DNA from: the human T2T-CHM13v2.0 reference genome, Homo sapiens
Assembly (NCBI RefSeq): GCF_009914755.1
Contig: NC_060932.1
Reading direction: 5' to 3' (one strand)
Length of the DNA stretch: 64,000 nt
Shown here: positions 35,385-52,283 of the stretch, piece after piece
Position numbering within the stretch: position 1 is the stretch's first letter
Layout: every line of letters starts with the position of its first letter
Notes under the pieces: model-generated
What the model was told of the DNA's origin: nothing
The model's input: the letters and a program-made list of their open reading frames with translations, nothing else
Database searches by the model: none
Position numbers and translations under genes: made by a program

Positions 35385-37753
35385 CTAAGCACTAACTTTT
35401 ATTCTTTCTATTGCATGTACTGCCAGTATTCAGATAAAGGAGAGGAAAGCAATTTTAGTGGCAGTGTTCAGGGGAAATTTTATAGAGGCCTAGGAAATGA
35501 AAGAATGAGTAGGGTTTGGATGAATAGAGAACAAGTGCAGAGCCTGAAAAGATATAAATGAAAAGACTTTTATCTTTATAGGCAATATGTAAAATTGAGT
35601 GGACTTTGTCATTGTCTTTGCTGACTTCTTCATTTTATTCCTTGAAGATAGTTCAGAGGAATGAAAGGGAATGGATTAATAGTTTTCTCCTTGAGTGGAG
35701 GTGAGATTGCATTAAGTCAGTGTATTCTTGGCTACATGGCAAGTGGTAGGCTAACTAAGGTGGTGAGTTGCATGTTCTCTGGTGATCTGATTCTGTAAGA
35801 GGAGGGTTATCAGATGATGTTTCTTCTTCCCTTTTTAAAGGAAATTGTAGGAGGGGACTGGTGTGCTCTGAGCAACTTCAAAGCCACTCAGTCCATGAAG
35901 GTGAAGGCTTTCTTTTCTCTCTTGCCCTGCGGCCTTGTATTTTCCTTTCTCCCCCACACCAGATACTGACCCTGAAAAGTGTTTATTTCACCCCTGAGTT
36001 TCCCTCAGGTTTCTTTTTGTCTTGCAGCAGACTCAAGTCCAGAATGAATGTTAAGTAATTTGCTGAGAAGAAACAAGTTACAGTAAGAATATTGTTTAAC
36101 CCCTTTCTGACCTTAAACCCTCGTAAACCATCAAGACCAGAACTATGATCCAGTCTAGGACTGAAAATTACTCCTGGAAAATAACAGCATGAGTAAAAGT
36201 GCTCTCTTAAATTAATTCAAAGCCTTTAGACAATTTTTGCAGCTTTTTTTTACTTTTTTTGGAAAATGCAAAAAGAAAGAAAAATGGGGACTGGATTGCA
36301 ATTTAATTACCTAGGATACAATTGTTTCTTCTCATTATAGCCATGCTAAAAATCCAACTTAGCCAGCCCTTCAGTGACTCTCCTATTACTACTGTACCCA
36401 GAGAAAACCCAGAGCATAACATTCTACCTAGAGTTCCAAGAAGTCCTTGGGCTCTAGTGCATTAGCCTTAATATTCTGTGTTTGGGTGCAAGTGAATGTT
36501 GCTATTTATACATTTGTCTCAGTAAGAGTCTCATGATTATTTCTAAGGGGAGGAAAAATCCATGGAGTAGCAAAGTCTATCAGCAGGAATTCTAATCTCA
36601 TTTTACAATTCTATAAGAAATTGTCATTGAAAAGGCAAATTCCCCCAAATTCGATCAAGGGGGCTTGCCAAGATCCCAGCAAGTGTCTTGAGAACTGCCA
36701 GAGGAGCACCAGTTATTAGACAGATTTTAATTTGTGCAAATCCATTAACAAAAATCCCTAATTAAAAAAAAATCAATGGATGCCTATGACATTAACCAGG
36801 AAAATCTAATAGAGGGCCATTAAATTTTTTTCTATTCAATTAACTTGAACACAACACGATGGACTCAACAGATACTTTAATTAGATGCATATGAAAAGAA
36901 ATTTTGCAAAATTAAACAGACCCTGTATTTGCAACTGATATGAGGAAAACTGCCATAAAAGATTTGCTCAAATCCCTAATGACTGGTAATTTCCTTGAGA
37001 GGGACATGAATTCTTAGACAATATCCTTACAAATCAATCTTTCCCCAAGAGGCTGTCCTTTGTCAAGAAACAGTACACTGTTCTGCTTGCTTCTTTTTCA
37101 ATTCTTTCTTCTGAGCAAGATAGTCATGTGAAAAACACAAAAGGCAAGCTTCAAGGGACTGTTTACCAAACTCACTATTCCAAGCACCTCACAGTAAAAA
37201 TGGCCCAAAATAAATGGCTCTAATTTACAGGGTGAATTTGTGTCCGAGACTGCCCCAGACAGTCTCAATGTATGCTTGTTGCCTTGGCATAATTATTAAT
37301 AGTTCTCCATTTTGCTCTAAATAGTGTGCTGGGTTGGTCAATAAATTATATAGTCATTCTACTAATTATCAGCCGTCCCACTACATGTTTCACACTACTA
37401 AGCCAGCCCTTTCAACTGCTGGTGGAAATACAAGATTTCTCTGCTCAAAAGAAGAGGCTAAGGTATGGGAATTTGATGAGTACCCATGACCGCTTATTGG
37501 AGAGGCATGCAAATTGACATTTGCCCCCTACCTCATTTAGTTGCTCCCCACAACTTTAACTCCAATGCTTTTACACTTAAGATTAATGTTGAAATCTTGT
37601 GAATGGACTTAGCATAAAGCCTACTACAGAGGTTCTCAAATCTGAGATGTTTCTCTCCTCTTTAAAGAGTTATCCTCATCTGAAACAATTTACTAACAAT
37701 ATATTACATATGTTTGAAGTGGAGAGCTATATGTAAAATGTTACATCATCCTT

Positions 37754-38194
37754 ATGGAAGCCAGGGTCCAAGGTGGTCCCTCAATGACATCCTAATATTC
37801 ACACTCTTTTGTGATTTCTGCCCCATCCATTGTACAAAGATTGGTCTTTGTAATTAATAAATCAATGATGGTTTGTCATTCTAAGGTTAGGTAATAAAAG
37901 ATTGATATTTCTATTTTATATGCTCTAATGTTTACCTGATCACCCCCTGTTGTCCGGATTATTTATGCTGGAGGAAGACATGCTATGAGCTGGATTCTCC
38001 AGCTCTATTTGAGCCGGATTCTCCAGCCCTGTTTGAGCCTTAGACAACAGCTTCATGAAACTTAGTGGGAAACCCTGAGCCTGGACAACTCAGATTCTTA
38101 ACCCTCAGAAACTATATAAGATAACAGATGTCTGTTGTTGTACACTGCTAAATTTGGGGGGGTAACTTGTTATGCAGAAATAGCTAACTGATAC
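37754..38194 (+). mobile_element. MLT1 (F-like) solo LTR
   Basis: Ends ctaaatttggggggtaacttgttatgcagaaatagctaactgataca. Confidence 0.7.
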
Positions 38195-38289
38195 AGTTAA
38201 AATCCCTGCCTCCTGGGGGATGAGGCAGACAAGTGCCCAAAACATTAGTATCAGATTTCTTGAAATACACAGAGATAATGTGGACATAA

Positions 38290-38530
38290 TCCATTTATCT
38301 ATTCATTTACCAAACATTTATTAATCACAATGTTCTGGACACTGTACCACGTACTAAGTACCTGGTACCTGATACTGTACTAGACACTGTATCAAGTACT
38401 TATTAGACACTGTACCAGGTACTATTTAGTACCTGCTACTGTACTTGATTCTGTACCAGATCCTAAGGATATAGGAATGAGCTGAGTATATAAGGATGAG
38501 CACTCGCCTTTGTAGGGGTGAGAGTCTAGT
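38290..38530 (-). mobile_element. L2 fragment with internal motif expansion
   Basis: attcatttaccaaacatttattaatc...ctaaggatatagg...gtctagt. Confidence 0.55.
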
Positions 38531-38656
38531 AAGATCTGGGGAAGTTAGAAAAATTATCAATCAGTTTCCAAGTGCATGTCTATTTGGAAGGGCAAGTATG
38601 TAAAAGCAGACATAAATCCATTAAATGTTAAACATATTGTGAACTTTTAAAATTCT

Positions 38657-38980
<324 letters not shown>

Positions 38981-40534
38981 TTAAAAATAAATATTTTATT
39001 TTTACTACTTAATTTATGCGTGCATATATATATACCAGTCAAAAATCAAGTGATTTTCCTCAATGATAGAAACATTTGACACTAGTTAATAAATTTAAGA
39101 ATTGTTTTCCCCAATTTGGAGAGTTACCAATATAAAACTATGATGTTTAACACTGAGAGAAGTTTGCATATTAATATATGATAGACTGATTGGTTTTAGC
39201 TGAGTACTGAATACATGGTGATAAATTCTACCTGGTGTTAATTAACATATGGCTTAACCAAGAAGAAGAGGGATGGAAGGCAGTCAGTGAGGGAAAGCAG
39301 CCCTGAAATTTTGGTATAGCTTCTAAATCTGATCATAAAAATGGGAGTCATGGCTATTTAATCTTAAATTCCAGATTCAACGCTGACTTCTTCAATGGTC
39401 TAAAAGAGGCAATTTACTGCTTCATATTTCTGTCCATTAGTGTACATTAAATGGAGATAATAATACCTAGATAGCTATAGCAGGAAGGTTTCAAAACTAA
39501 ATCTCACAGTGCTGGAAAAGACTTCTGCAAGAGAGAGTGATTGCTGAGTAGGAATTTGTCTCTTCCTTCTCTGTGCTGCGTCATCACAGTTTTAAGGAAA
39601 TCTACGGCTGTGATTGTGAGATCCACATTCACTGAGTTGTGCTTCCCTCTGCTTTGAGAGTCAGGTTGATTTTCCTTCAAGGTAGGACATTACTTCCACT
39701 TGCATTGCCACGAATGCCCTTGCTCCCCACACTAATGAAGAATCAGTGCTGACAACCCCAAAGTAATCACCATTCTTTTCATCTTCCCTTTTCTCCCCAA
39801 AGCTTAAACTAATAATAATAACCATTTTAAAGCTTTCTCATGGGAAACTTGAGCATGACTGGAAGGGAAATCAATTGTTCTTAGGACGGCTATTATTGTA
39901 AGAATTAATCACTGCTATTTGCAATTACTGTACCATACAATTATCACTAATATTTAGGCCACTCTGACTGCTGCCACAGACTGCATTGCCTTTGCTGTTA
40001 TTTCCACAGAACAGAAAGGAAGACTGAGAAAATAAATGAAACCAAAGCATAGAGATGACACATTGAGGGGATTGGATTCTTCCACTGTTGAGCCAAGATG
40101 TATTCAACAACCACTGCCTGCGCACGTTAGAACAGCAACATGCTCAGAGCTGGAAGTTTTCCTTGTAAAGAAAAGAAGACAACTTAAATATGTTGAAGAG
40201 AGTAAAAATTAAAATCATTCTCAGCCTTAAAATCTATTTTATGAGCCTGCACAACTCAATTCTTCTAAAGCATATGATTCTTCATCATACCAATAAAACT
40301 CCCAAAACTTCCAAAATACTCCTGCCACTCCCCACTATGAAATGAGCATCTTGCAATATACCAGTAAGACTGCCCATGGTTTATCACCCCGTCTGTGCCA
40401 GTGAGAGATACTTGGCTACCCTAATGGAGGAAGAGTACTTAGGCCTTAGATTTCACCCAACAATAAACAAATGACAAGTCGATGTTTCTCATCTATTTTG
40501 TCCGGCATCAATTTTGAATTTAAAACTATTTAAA

Positions 40535-42340
40535 ACTTTTTACACTTTTATACTTGAATAACTTTAGACTTATAAAAAACTTGAAAAAAATGTATAAAAA
40601 ATATCTGTATAACCTTCACCCAGATTCCCCCCAACACAGTGCAATTATCAAAATCAAGAAATTAACACTGAATTGACTGCATTATTTAATCTACAGCCCT
40701 GCACATTTCATTAATTTTTCAATTTCTCTGTGGCTCAGGTTAAACCCAGCATTTGGTATTGTCAGTATTTTTTATTTTAGTCATTCTGATTGGTGTGTAG
40801 TGGTATCTTGTGGTTTTAATTTGCATTTTGCTCATGACTGATGATGTTTAGCATCTTTTCCTATGCTTCTTTTTTAATTTTGAGGAAGGCCTATTTACTA
40901 ATTTTTCATTCTATGAATCCTACTTTTGGGGTCACATTTGAGAATTCTTCACTTCACCTTAACTCCTGAAGATTTTTGCATATTTTTTCCTAAAAGTTTT
41001 ATAGTTCTATGTTTTTCATTCAAGTCCATAATCCATTTTGGGTTAATTTTTTGTCTAAGGTGTAAGACTTATGTTGAAGTTTACTTTTGTTTTTAATTCA
41101 GAAATGCTCACTTGTTCTAGCACAGTTTCTTGAAAAAGCTGTTTTCTCCATTAAGCTGTTTTTCACTTTTGCCAAAAATCAGTTGGGCATATTTGTATAG
41201 GGCTATTTCTGGGTTCTCTGATTCATTCCATTGATCTATGCTCCCATCACATAATCAATACTTTGATTACCTTCATTAATCATCCATATTCTTGATTACT
41301 GTAGCTATACAAAGAATGGAATCATTTCTCCTATTCATCTTCAAAATGGCTTTTTCTCTTCTAGTTCTTTTGATTTTCCACGTAAATTTTGGAGTAGTCT
41401 TGTTTATACCCACCAAATATCTTCCTGTTATTTTGATAGGAATTATGGTAAACTTGTATATCAGTTTGGGGAGAATTGACATCTTTACTACACTGAGTCT
41501 TCCAACTTATGAACACAGGGTATCTCTCCTTATTAGATCTCCTTTTGTTCCTTTCATCAGCATTTTGTAATTTTCAGCATGCAAGTTTTATACTTATATT
41601 ATGAAATGTACACTTGTCTTATTTGCTTTTTTTGGCTTGTAAGTTGTACCGTGTTTTCAATTATGGGGCTCATGCTTTTGTTACTAGCATATAGACATAT
41701 AATTGATTTGACTTTTATATGTTTATTTTGTTCCCTGTGACCTAGCTGAACTAATTTGTGAGCTCTAGGAGGTTTGTTCTGTAGATTCTTTCGGATTTAG
41801 TATGTAGAAAGTTATGTCATCTGCAAATAGAAACAGTTTTATTTCTTCCTATTCTCTACATATGTATATTTTATTATCTATTCTTGCCTTATTGCATTGA
41901 ACAAAACTGCCAGCACTATGTTGAATAGAATTGGAAATCCTTGCCGTGTTCCCAATATCAGGCAAAAAGCATTCAACCTTTCACCAACTGTAACGTTAGC
42001 AGTAGTTTAGTTGAATATGTTCTTTATAAGTTCAGGAAGCTACTCTGTATTCATATTTTTCTGAAAGTTTTTATCATAAATGGGTATTAAATTTTGTCAA
42101 AATCTTTTTCTATATCGACTGACATGATCATGTGATTTTTCTTATTTCGCCTGTTAATATGGTGATGTTAATATGGTTAATCAATCATTGATGGATTTTT
42201 AAATATTGAACAGGCCTTGAATCCATGGAATGAATTTGAATTGGTCATAATTTATAATTCTTTTTATATATTGCTGGGTTTTGTTTACTAACATTTGTTA
42301 AGAACCATTGTATCTATATTAGTGAGAGATATTTGTGGGT
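40535..42340 (-). mobile_element. Old L1M fragments (ORF2 and 3' UTR)
   Basis: ORF 41276-41482 MSILPKLIYKFTIIPIKI is L1 ORF2; gttatgtcatctgcaaatag encodes the LFADD motif on the minus strand. Confidence 0.85.
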
Positions 42341-42344
42341 AGTC

Positions 42345-42405
42345 CATCCTTCCTTCCCTTCCTTCCTTCCTTCCCTCCCACCCTTCCATTCTTCCTTCCT
42401 TCCTC
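42345..42405. repeat. (TTCC)n simple repeat
   Basis: Seen directly. Confidence 0.85.
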
Positions 42406-42419
42406 TCAACCTATCTTAT

Positions 42420-44400
<1,981 letters not shown>

Positions 44401-44479
44401 CCCTATGTCTCATTTTCTTGCTAGAGGATGTGCACTTATGAAGTGTCTTCTGAACTATGACAACTTACGGGCCGGACAG

Positions 44480-44850
44480 GAGCCCCTGGGCTGTCTTACT
44501 TCCACTGGCATGTGACTTTGTCTCCTAGACTTTCTAAGGCTCAGTTATAATATCTGTAAATTTGAGAGAATATTATATATCTCAAACATTTGTGAGAATT
44601 ACCAGAATATATGTGAAATTTCACTACTAACTATTATTACCAGAGTAGTAATACATGATGGTGTTTACAAAGCCAGATTCTGTAGTAGGCAGAGATGACT
44701 TCCGCTCTGGCATTGAGTGTGTAACCTTGAATCCTAGATTTCTCATGCCCAAATGGAGAAAGCAATTGTAACGATATTGACAGATTGCATTTACTATAAT
44801 AACATATGTAACACACTTAATACAGTGTCTGACACATAGTTATTGTTTGG
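44480..44850. mobile_element. Two degenerate MIR fragments
   Basis: tgtgactttg...ctcagtt...tctgtaaa; atgtaacacacttaatacagtgtctgacacatag. Confidence 0.5.
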
Positions 44851-46039
44851 TTAATATTAGATTTTTTTCCTTTACTGCTCTAGAGATGTCACTCATGACT
44901 TTTGGAATGAGAGAGTATTCCATGAGAGAGCATTCCATTTCCAGAATTTCAGAGGTATCTGTAGACTTTATTCTGTGCAGACACCACAAAGAAGCATCCA
45001 CTTCTGTGAAATTTGACATATTTTGTCATCAGTTTTATGAAAATATACATATAAATAAATAACTTGCTTTCTAAAGAGAGCCTTTAAAAAATTGTTTTGG
45101 TACCTTGTAGACACAGTGCCAGTCTCTGTTGCCCCAACCACATGTGTTTTGTGAAATTATCTCCTGGTCTCAGTTCAGTGCCTAGAGCACATATCAAACA
45201 GCTTGACTCAACTGTGGTATATAGAGCCCTAAAACAGACTGCACACTTGGGGAAGCCACTGCATGCTTCAAATTTTGAGATTCTTGCTACATTGGGTCAT
45301 CACTCCTTTTCACGTTTTGGGTCACAGAGCCAGGCCTTGGACTTTCTAGAGGTAGTTTAAAGCAAAACCTCTTGATTAGAGATGATTTGCATGTTTTCTG
45401 CTCCTTTCAAATTGCTCTTTTCTGCAAAGGTTAATTTTAAGGGAAATAAAACAAGCCCAAACATTTCTGTTTTAAAGTGAACTTTTCAGCCTAATGTAAA
45501 CCTTGTTTTTATTGACTGGTCCTCAAACATATGAATATACTGGAGACTTAATTCTGTATGGAGAATTTCAATTATAATATTTCTCCATTTTTATATACTT
45601 GAGAATCAAGGATTAGATTAAACATTTATTTCCTGTCACTCTTTCTTTTCTCCTAACCTTGTTTCTCCTAGCCTTCTGCTTGGCTGACCATAGAAAATGT
45701 TTTGGAGTCTTTCCCATTGACCTCATGAAACTTATCCTTTATTAATACCCATCGGCATCCAACAACTTCAAGGTGATAGGAGAACAGGAATGGCATTAAT
45801 AATTTAGGACTGAATAACTAACTAGAACAGAACACTTCACTTCACCTCCATACCCTCTCTCGACAGCATGGGTGAATTGCCCGTGCCAAGGAAAACAGGG
45901 CAAGGCACTGACTGAAATGCAGAGATGGATCCACCTAACAGAAAGAATAGGTCAGCTGGGTTTTCTGATACCTGTTTTCTACCCAGTGAAAAGTAGTCTT
46001 CATGAAACTACTTGTGAATAATAAGAGATCATGATGACT

Positions 46040-46140
46040 CTCTAGTTTGGTGCTCTCTTAATCATAGGAGAAAACTGAGGCTCGGAGAGGTAAAATAATT
46101 ACTCCAAGGTTATCCAGGGACCTGATGGATGGTTCAGAGC
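46040..46140. mobile_element. MIR fragment
   Basis: gaaaactgaggctcggagaggtaaaataatt...ccaaggt. Confidence 0.65.
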
Positions 46141-47348
46141 ATTTTCTAGGACAAAATAGAGTCATTTTGAATGACTTTCTTTTTAAGGGAATTTAAGGGA
46201 AGTAACACATATCTTGAAACTAAGATTTTCACATAGGTTTATCCTAGTGAAATTTTCAGAGCTGAAACTTCATCATACTAGAGAGGAGAAAATGTGTAAA
46301 ACCACTTAAAAACTTTTCTGCAAGATCCTCAGTATGACTGCAGTGGTTTTCCTCAACTTCTAGGCCCACAAGACTCATCGAACCCACCTCCTGGGTCTTC
46401 AAGATCCCTCAGGCCCACAGTATATTCCAATTCATTTCTTTCTGCACTTGACTGACACATATGTCCACATCAATCTGTTAGAATTTTTCATATACTGATG
46501 TAAACAATCAACTTACATTGTACTCACATAAGAATCTTCCCAACTAGATTAAAGTTCATTGTCCATAGAGACTACATGTTTTAATTACTTCTAGATCCAC
46601 GGAGCCTAATTTATTGTTCACATCATAATAGATGTTCAGTAAGTACATGTTAATATACTAAGACGTGCTTATTTTTATGGGTGTCTATGATTATATTGCA
46701 CTAGACGTAGAGAAATAATCCAGTTGCCTGAGGAGCTAGACCTAGAAACAAATGAACCCCTTCGTGTATAAGTGTCCTCTTCTCTTGAGAAACCTTGAAT
46801 CCCCTCTAGTATTAATTATTTCTAGATTTGAAAAATTCTTCTGAGTTTACCTATATGCCTTTCTCAAGGCACTTAGGAGCATTCCTGTAAATATGTAACT
46901 GTTATTCAACTATCGATTTCTGAAGATTTTCATATCCTATTACAGAAAAGAGCTAATGAAAGGGCATCTGAGTTGTTAAGCAAGTTCATTCCGAGTGACA
47001 GATCTGTATTCTGGTAGAGAGGAAATCCTATCATTCATTAAAATGTTTCCAATAAGGCCTAATGAATGCATTACCGTTAAAAATAATCCAATCTGCCAGA
47101 TGATTGATTTGAACCACAATATGGAGGCTGGCAGCTAAGTTTCTTTCCTTTATCTCCCAAACTTTTCCATGCAATAAAGATTAATTCCTTTTACTGTGTT
47201 GGTGAAATAATAATAGAGTCATAAAACATAACAGAAAAAGAGGAAGTTGACAAAGTGTGTGTTTGATTAATTGCCTTAATAGATTATAGGCGCTGACTGA
47301 AGTGTTTTTATTTCCCAAGGCTCATTTTTCAATGTTTCAAGATATAAT

Positions 47349-47353
<5 letters not shown>

Positions 47354-47388
<35 letters not shown>
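47354..47388. repeat. (TA)n microsatellite
   Basis: About 17 perfect TA units. Confidence 0.95.
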
Positions 47389-47391
<3 letters not shown>

Positions 47392-47621
47392 CCAACCCCT
47401 ACTCCATGAACAAAAACTAAAACACAAAAGGCATGGGTCAGAATTACTCAAAGCATGAGGAGTTTAATATCTGTTTAGAGAGTATTTAGGTGATTGCCAG
47501 CTGACTGGGTTGGCTTATCAGCCAGGACAGGAGAACAATTAACAAAGAAACTTGGCTTGGTATTTAAGACTTTGGACTTTCTTTTCTCTGGTGATGTCTA
47601 GCCTTTCTCTCCCTCTCTCTC

Positions 47622-47835
47622 TCTTTTTTTGAGACATGTTCTCACTCTGTCACCCAAGCTGGAGTGCAGTGGCTCAATCACTGCTCACTGCTGCAGCCTC
47701 AAACGCCTAGGCTCAAGTGATCCACCTACCTCACCCTTCCAAGTAGCTGGGACTACAGGCATGCACCACCATGCCTGGCTATTTTTTTATTTTTATTTTT
47801 GTAGAGATGAGGTCTCAATATGTTGCCCAGGCTTG
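47622..47835 (-). mobile_element. Truncated AluJ
   Basis: Right arm plus part of the left arm. Confidence 0.85.
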
Positions 47836-48129
47836 GTTTCTCTCATACAAGACAGAAGTTCCAAATTTCTTGGAAAAAAACACAAGCACCATTCTCAGTG
47901 GCATCTGCTCCTGAATTTTTTTAACCCTGGCCTCAACCCACATGGGGTGTCTTCATGGGATCCTGTGAGGATCTCAAAGGTCAAGAGATCGAGTAGAGAC
48001 TCAAGAGCTGTCCAATGAGCTATGTCCAGTTGGTGGAGGCAACGTCAGTGTTCAAGGCTTACAGAGCCTTTTCTCTCTTTCTGCTCTATTTTTTAATCTT
48101 AAACTATGTGATTTTCCCTACCAATCTGG

Positions 48130-48445
48130 ATTTATTCACTTTTTCATTCATTTATGTTTATCATTTGTCTACCATGTGGGAGGCCCTTGGATACAACAAA
48201 AAACATGAGACACATGATTGCTGTCCTCAGAGAATTTTTAGTCTATTCAGATAAACAGACATTAAAAACATCACTTCAAAAAAATCATGATGAGTGTTGT
48301 CATGGTAGGTATACAGGGAAATATAGGAAGATACATCATAAGTGAGTAGACCTAACCTCCTCTAAAACTCAGGAAGACAGATCACATATGGACAAGGATG
48401 TTTAATCTCAAACCTAAATATCGAGGAGGACTTAGCCAGGCAAAG
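48130..48445 (-). mobile_element. L2 fragment
   Basis: ttcattcatttatgtttatcatttgtctaccatgtg...ctgtcctcagagaatttttagtcta. Confidence 0.6.
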
Positions 48446-49231
48446 TTGTGTTATGTGGTAATGGGTGGATGGTTTACTTCTTTCTTATTCAGAAAACTGT
48501 AATATTGACAGCTCTCATTTGAATAATACTGGAGGAGCTGGAATGAAATTAATCCTTTCTGTACAAGCTCTGGACAAAATATTTAAAAAGCGGCTACTCA
48601 AAGTCACCGAAAAGAAGCCAAAGGCAGAAAGAAACTTGGAAGGTTCACTATTGAAAGAATAAAATCACATTGAGTGAGGCCCATTATGGTATAGCTTTTC
48701 CTCCAAGAGCACATGGTGCTGGACAGTTAGAAATCAAGAAGAAAACCTCAGTCTTATTGGACACAAGTGGCTAGAAATTGAAATGAAGAGGGAAAATCCT
48801 TTAAAGAGCATGAGCTACAGAGGGGTGCTCCCACTCTGCTCATAAGATCCCCTCAAAAACTAAGCTAAACCCTGAACTGCACGTGCTCAGCGAAGATTAC
48901 AAGATGCTTAGAGGAATGCAACAGAATGTCAGCTGTAAAGGCTGAGCAAGAAAGTTCAACTGCCGTCTCACACAGGAGACACAAAGTGCAGAGTTTGAGT
49001 CCTATGCATTTGAGAAATCTTAAAGAGACTGGCTTTCAGAATCCCACTAGTCTGAAAATTAAGTCCTAGGTCTGTTTCATAATGGTCTCTACCCTGCTTT
49101 TGGAAAAGCTGAGATTCTCTTTATATGCCTTCAACAGGGACATCTGGACTTCACCCTTATCTTTCAATCGACTATTAATTTCCCTTATATTTTTTATTAC
49201 CTTTTTCCAAAGCTCAAGTAGTTTAGTATAG

Positions 49232-49532
49232 TTTTGTTTGTTTGCTTTTGAGACAGGGTCTCACTCTATTGCCCAGGCTGGAGTGCAGGGGTGTGATCAT
49301 AGCTCGCTGCAGCTGTGAACTCCTGGGCTGAATTGATCTTCTCACCTCAGCTTCCTGAGTAGCTGGGACTACAGGCACATACAACCATGACTGGCTAATT
49401 TTCTTTTTTATTTTTGTAGAGACAGGGTCTCACTATGTTGCCTAGGCTGTTCCTGAAATCCTGGCCTCAAGGGATCCTCCCACCTCAGCCTCCAGAGTAC
49501 CTGGGACTAGAGGCACACGCCACTTTGCCTGG
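49232..49532 (-). mobile_element. AluJ
   Basis: Full antisense dimer. Confidence 0.9.
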
Positions 49533-49779
49533 TTCTATTGTTCTTATAGTTATTACTTTATATTTTTCCAATGCTTATAAGTTATACAAGCCAGTGCATT
49601 CTCTTCTGGTGATATACCAGCCCACTTCACCACTGGTAAGAGTTCTAGCATCTGATCACCAGTTGTGCCAGGGACTGTCTACTTCCATTAAGGGGATCCT
49701 CATCACTAGCCTGGCAGCAAGTGATCCAGCTCAAAAACACCCTCTTAATGGTTGCTGTCCTGACCATCCAGGTACCAAC

Positions 49780-50175
49780 GACTGACATTCAGAAGTAGAC
49801 TCTCAGACAGAGCTTAGCATGCAGGATGTTTGGGAATACCCTTGGGATAAAACCTGTGAAAGAAAAAGAGCAGATGCTGGATCAGAGAGAGTAAGAGGTT
49901 GAATATAATGCCTTAGCCAACCAGGAACTCTGGTACAAGAAAGGCCCTTCAGAATTGTCCCCCACTGGGACTAGACAGCCAGGTGTTTATGAACCCATAT
50001 CAATCAGTCATTGCATACAGGCCACCCCAGAAAGGTCTTGAATTTTTGTAATGTCGCTCTTTGCAACTGAGACAATCCCTAAAGAAGCTGACAGCTAAAG
50101 GGTGTCTGCTAAGGCTATTTCCAAAACTAGAACCAACAGGTCCTTTCATTAAAGAAGATTTGAGTGGCTTCTTCA
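49780..50175. mobile_element. ERVL LTR (LTR33/LTR41-like)
   Basis: agaagtagactctcagacagagcttagcatgcaggatgttt...cccttgggataaaacctgtg. Confidence 0.5.
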
Positions 50176-50274
50176 CAAGCTACATACTCCATCTGGGCCC
50201 CTGCAGTGATAAGCATAATGGTAAAAGCCAACACTCTAAAAATGGCAGAATGGAAAGAGGCTGGTTCTTAGAAC

Positions 50275-50903
50275 TGTGATGTAAGAGACCAAAATAGACA
50301 CCCATCTATCAACTGAGACAGACCCAAAGGTTAAGGAAACAAAGTTACCTATAGGTCAAGAGCTCAGGGACCTGCTTGCATAGCAAATTTCTGAATGTCT
50401 GTGACTAAACTCCTGAACAATGGGAGCCATCAGGTCTGATTTACAACCCAGACCACTAAAACTCTGGTTGGACACAGGACCAGCCTTACAAACATTCTTT
50501 TTTTCTGATAAGCAACTGCAGACCTTAAGCCAGTTTCAGCCAGCTTATAGAGGCTGTGCACAAACTGTCTTTGTGTCCTATAGTTCACCTTTTGACATAA
50601 AGAGCCATATTCCACCTCATTTTAATGCTAAAACTCTGACCCAAGGTAAACATGGGATGTATGTTACATATATGTTTACCCAATCTGTATGCACTTGACT
50701 CCCCTAATAAATATGTATAGCTTTCCCCCCAAACCTGCTGAATATGTATGATACTGGCCCTGTGAGGCATAAAACCCTACTTGTCCTTCCTCTCTTCAAA
50801 GAGAGAGCACTTTAAGCACATGCCTAGAGACTGTCTTTTCCTGGTTTGCAAACTAATAAAACTCTTTTCTAGTATAGCTGTCCTGGTGGTCTTTTGGATG
50901 ACA
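50275..50903 (+). mobile_element. ERV1 solo LTR (LTR36-like)
   Basis: TG...CA termini, AATAAA near 50855, near-TSD gaac/gaat. Confidence 0.7.
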
Positions 50904-51097
50904 GAATCCTGGAAATACCTAACTTAGAGCTCTTAGAGCATTTATGGGATACTTATGGGATACTTTAGGTATCTCTTCATTGCAGCCATTATAAGTTGAA
51001 TTTTCAGTGACTTGCACTGAAAACATCTTAACATATAGAAGACGAAGAGAAGAGCAGGGTAACATGTAGGCAGAGAAACATACAATAGCCAAGATGT

Positions 51098-51880
<783 letters not shown>

Positions 51881-51904
51881 GTACTTGGGTACTCCTTGAC
51901 CTGG

Positions 51905-52125
51905 AGCCCAGAGGGGTGGTGAAGGCATGGGCCCTGAAACCAGGCTTTGTGTTTCCTTCCTAACACTGCTACTTCTTAGCTGGATGTCTTCTACCAGTTT
52001 TCACCATTTTGTACCTCAGTTTTCAAATCTATAGACTATGGTTAAATGTAAATATCTCCATTAGAGACTTGTTTGAGGACCACATGGGTTAATGCACATA
52101 AAATACATAGAAAAAGCTTATTCAT
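51905..52125. mobile_element. MIR
   Basis: gtacctcagttttcaaatctata...gggttaatgcacataaaa. Confidence 0.55.
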
Positions 52126-52283
52126 AGTAACATACCTCTGAGAAATTGTTCAGTTTCAGAACACTGCAATAAAGCATATATTGCAATAAAATGAGTCACA
52201 AACATTTGTTTGGTTTCCCTGTACATATAAAAAGTTATGTTTACAGTAGGTATAGTCTATTATACGTGCAATAGTATTATGTT

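Noticed and set aside
37987-38039. 24-bp tandem duplication in MLT1; similar micro-duplications at 42153-42177 and 50942-50964
   Set aside because: Ordinary slippage duplications with no functional indication
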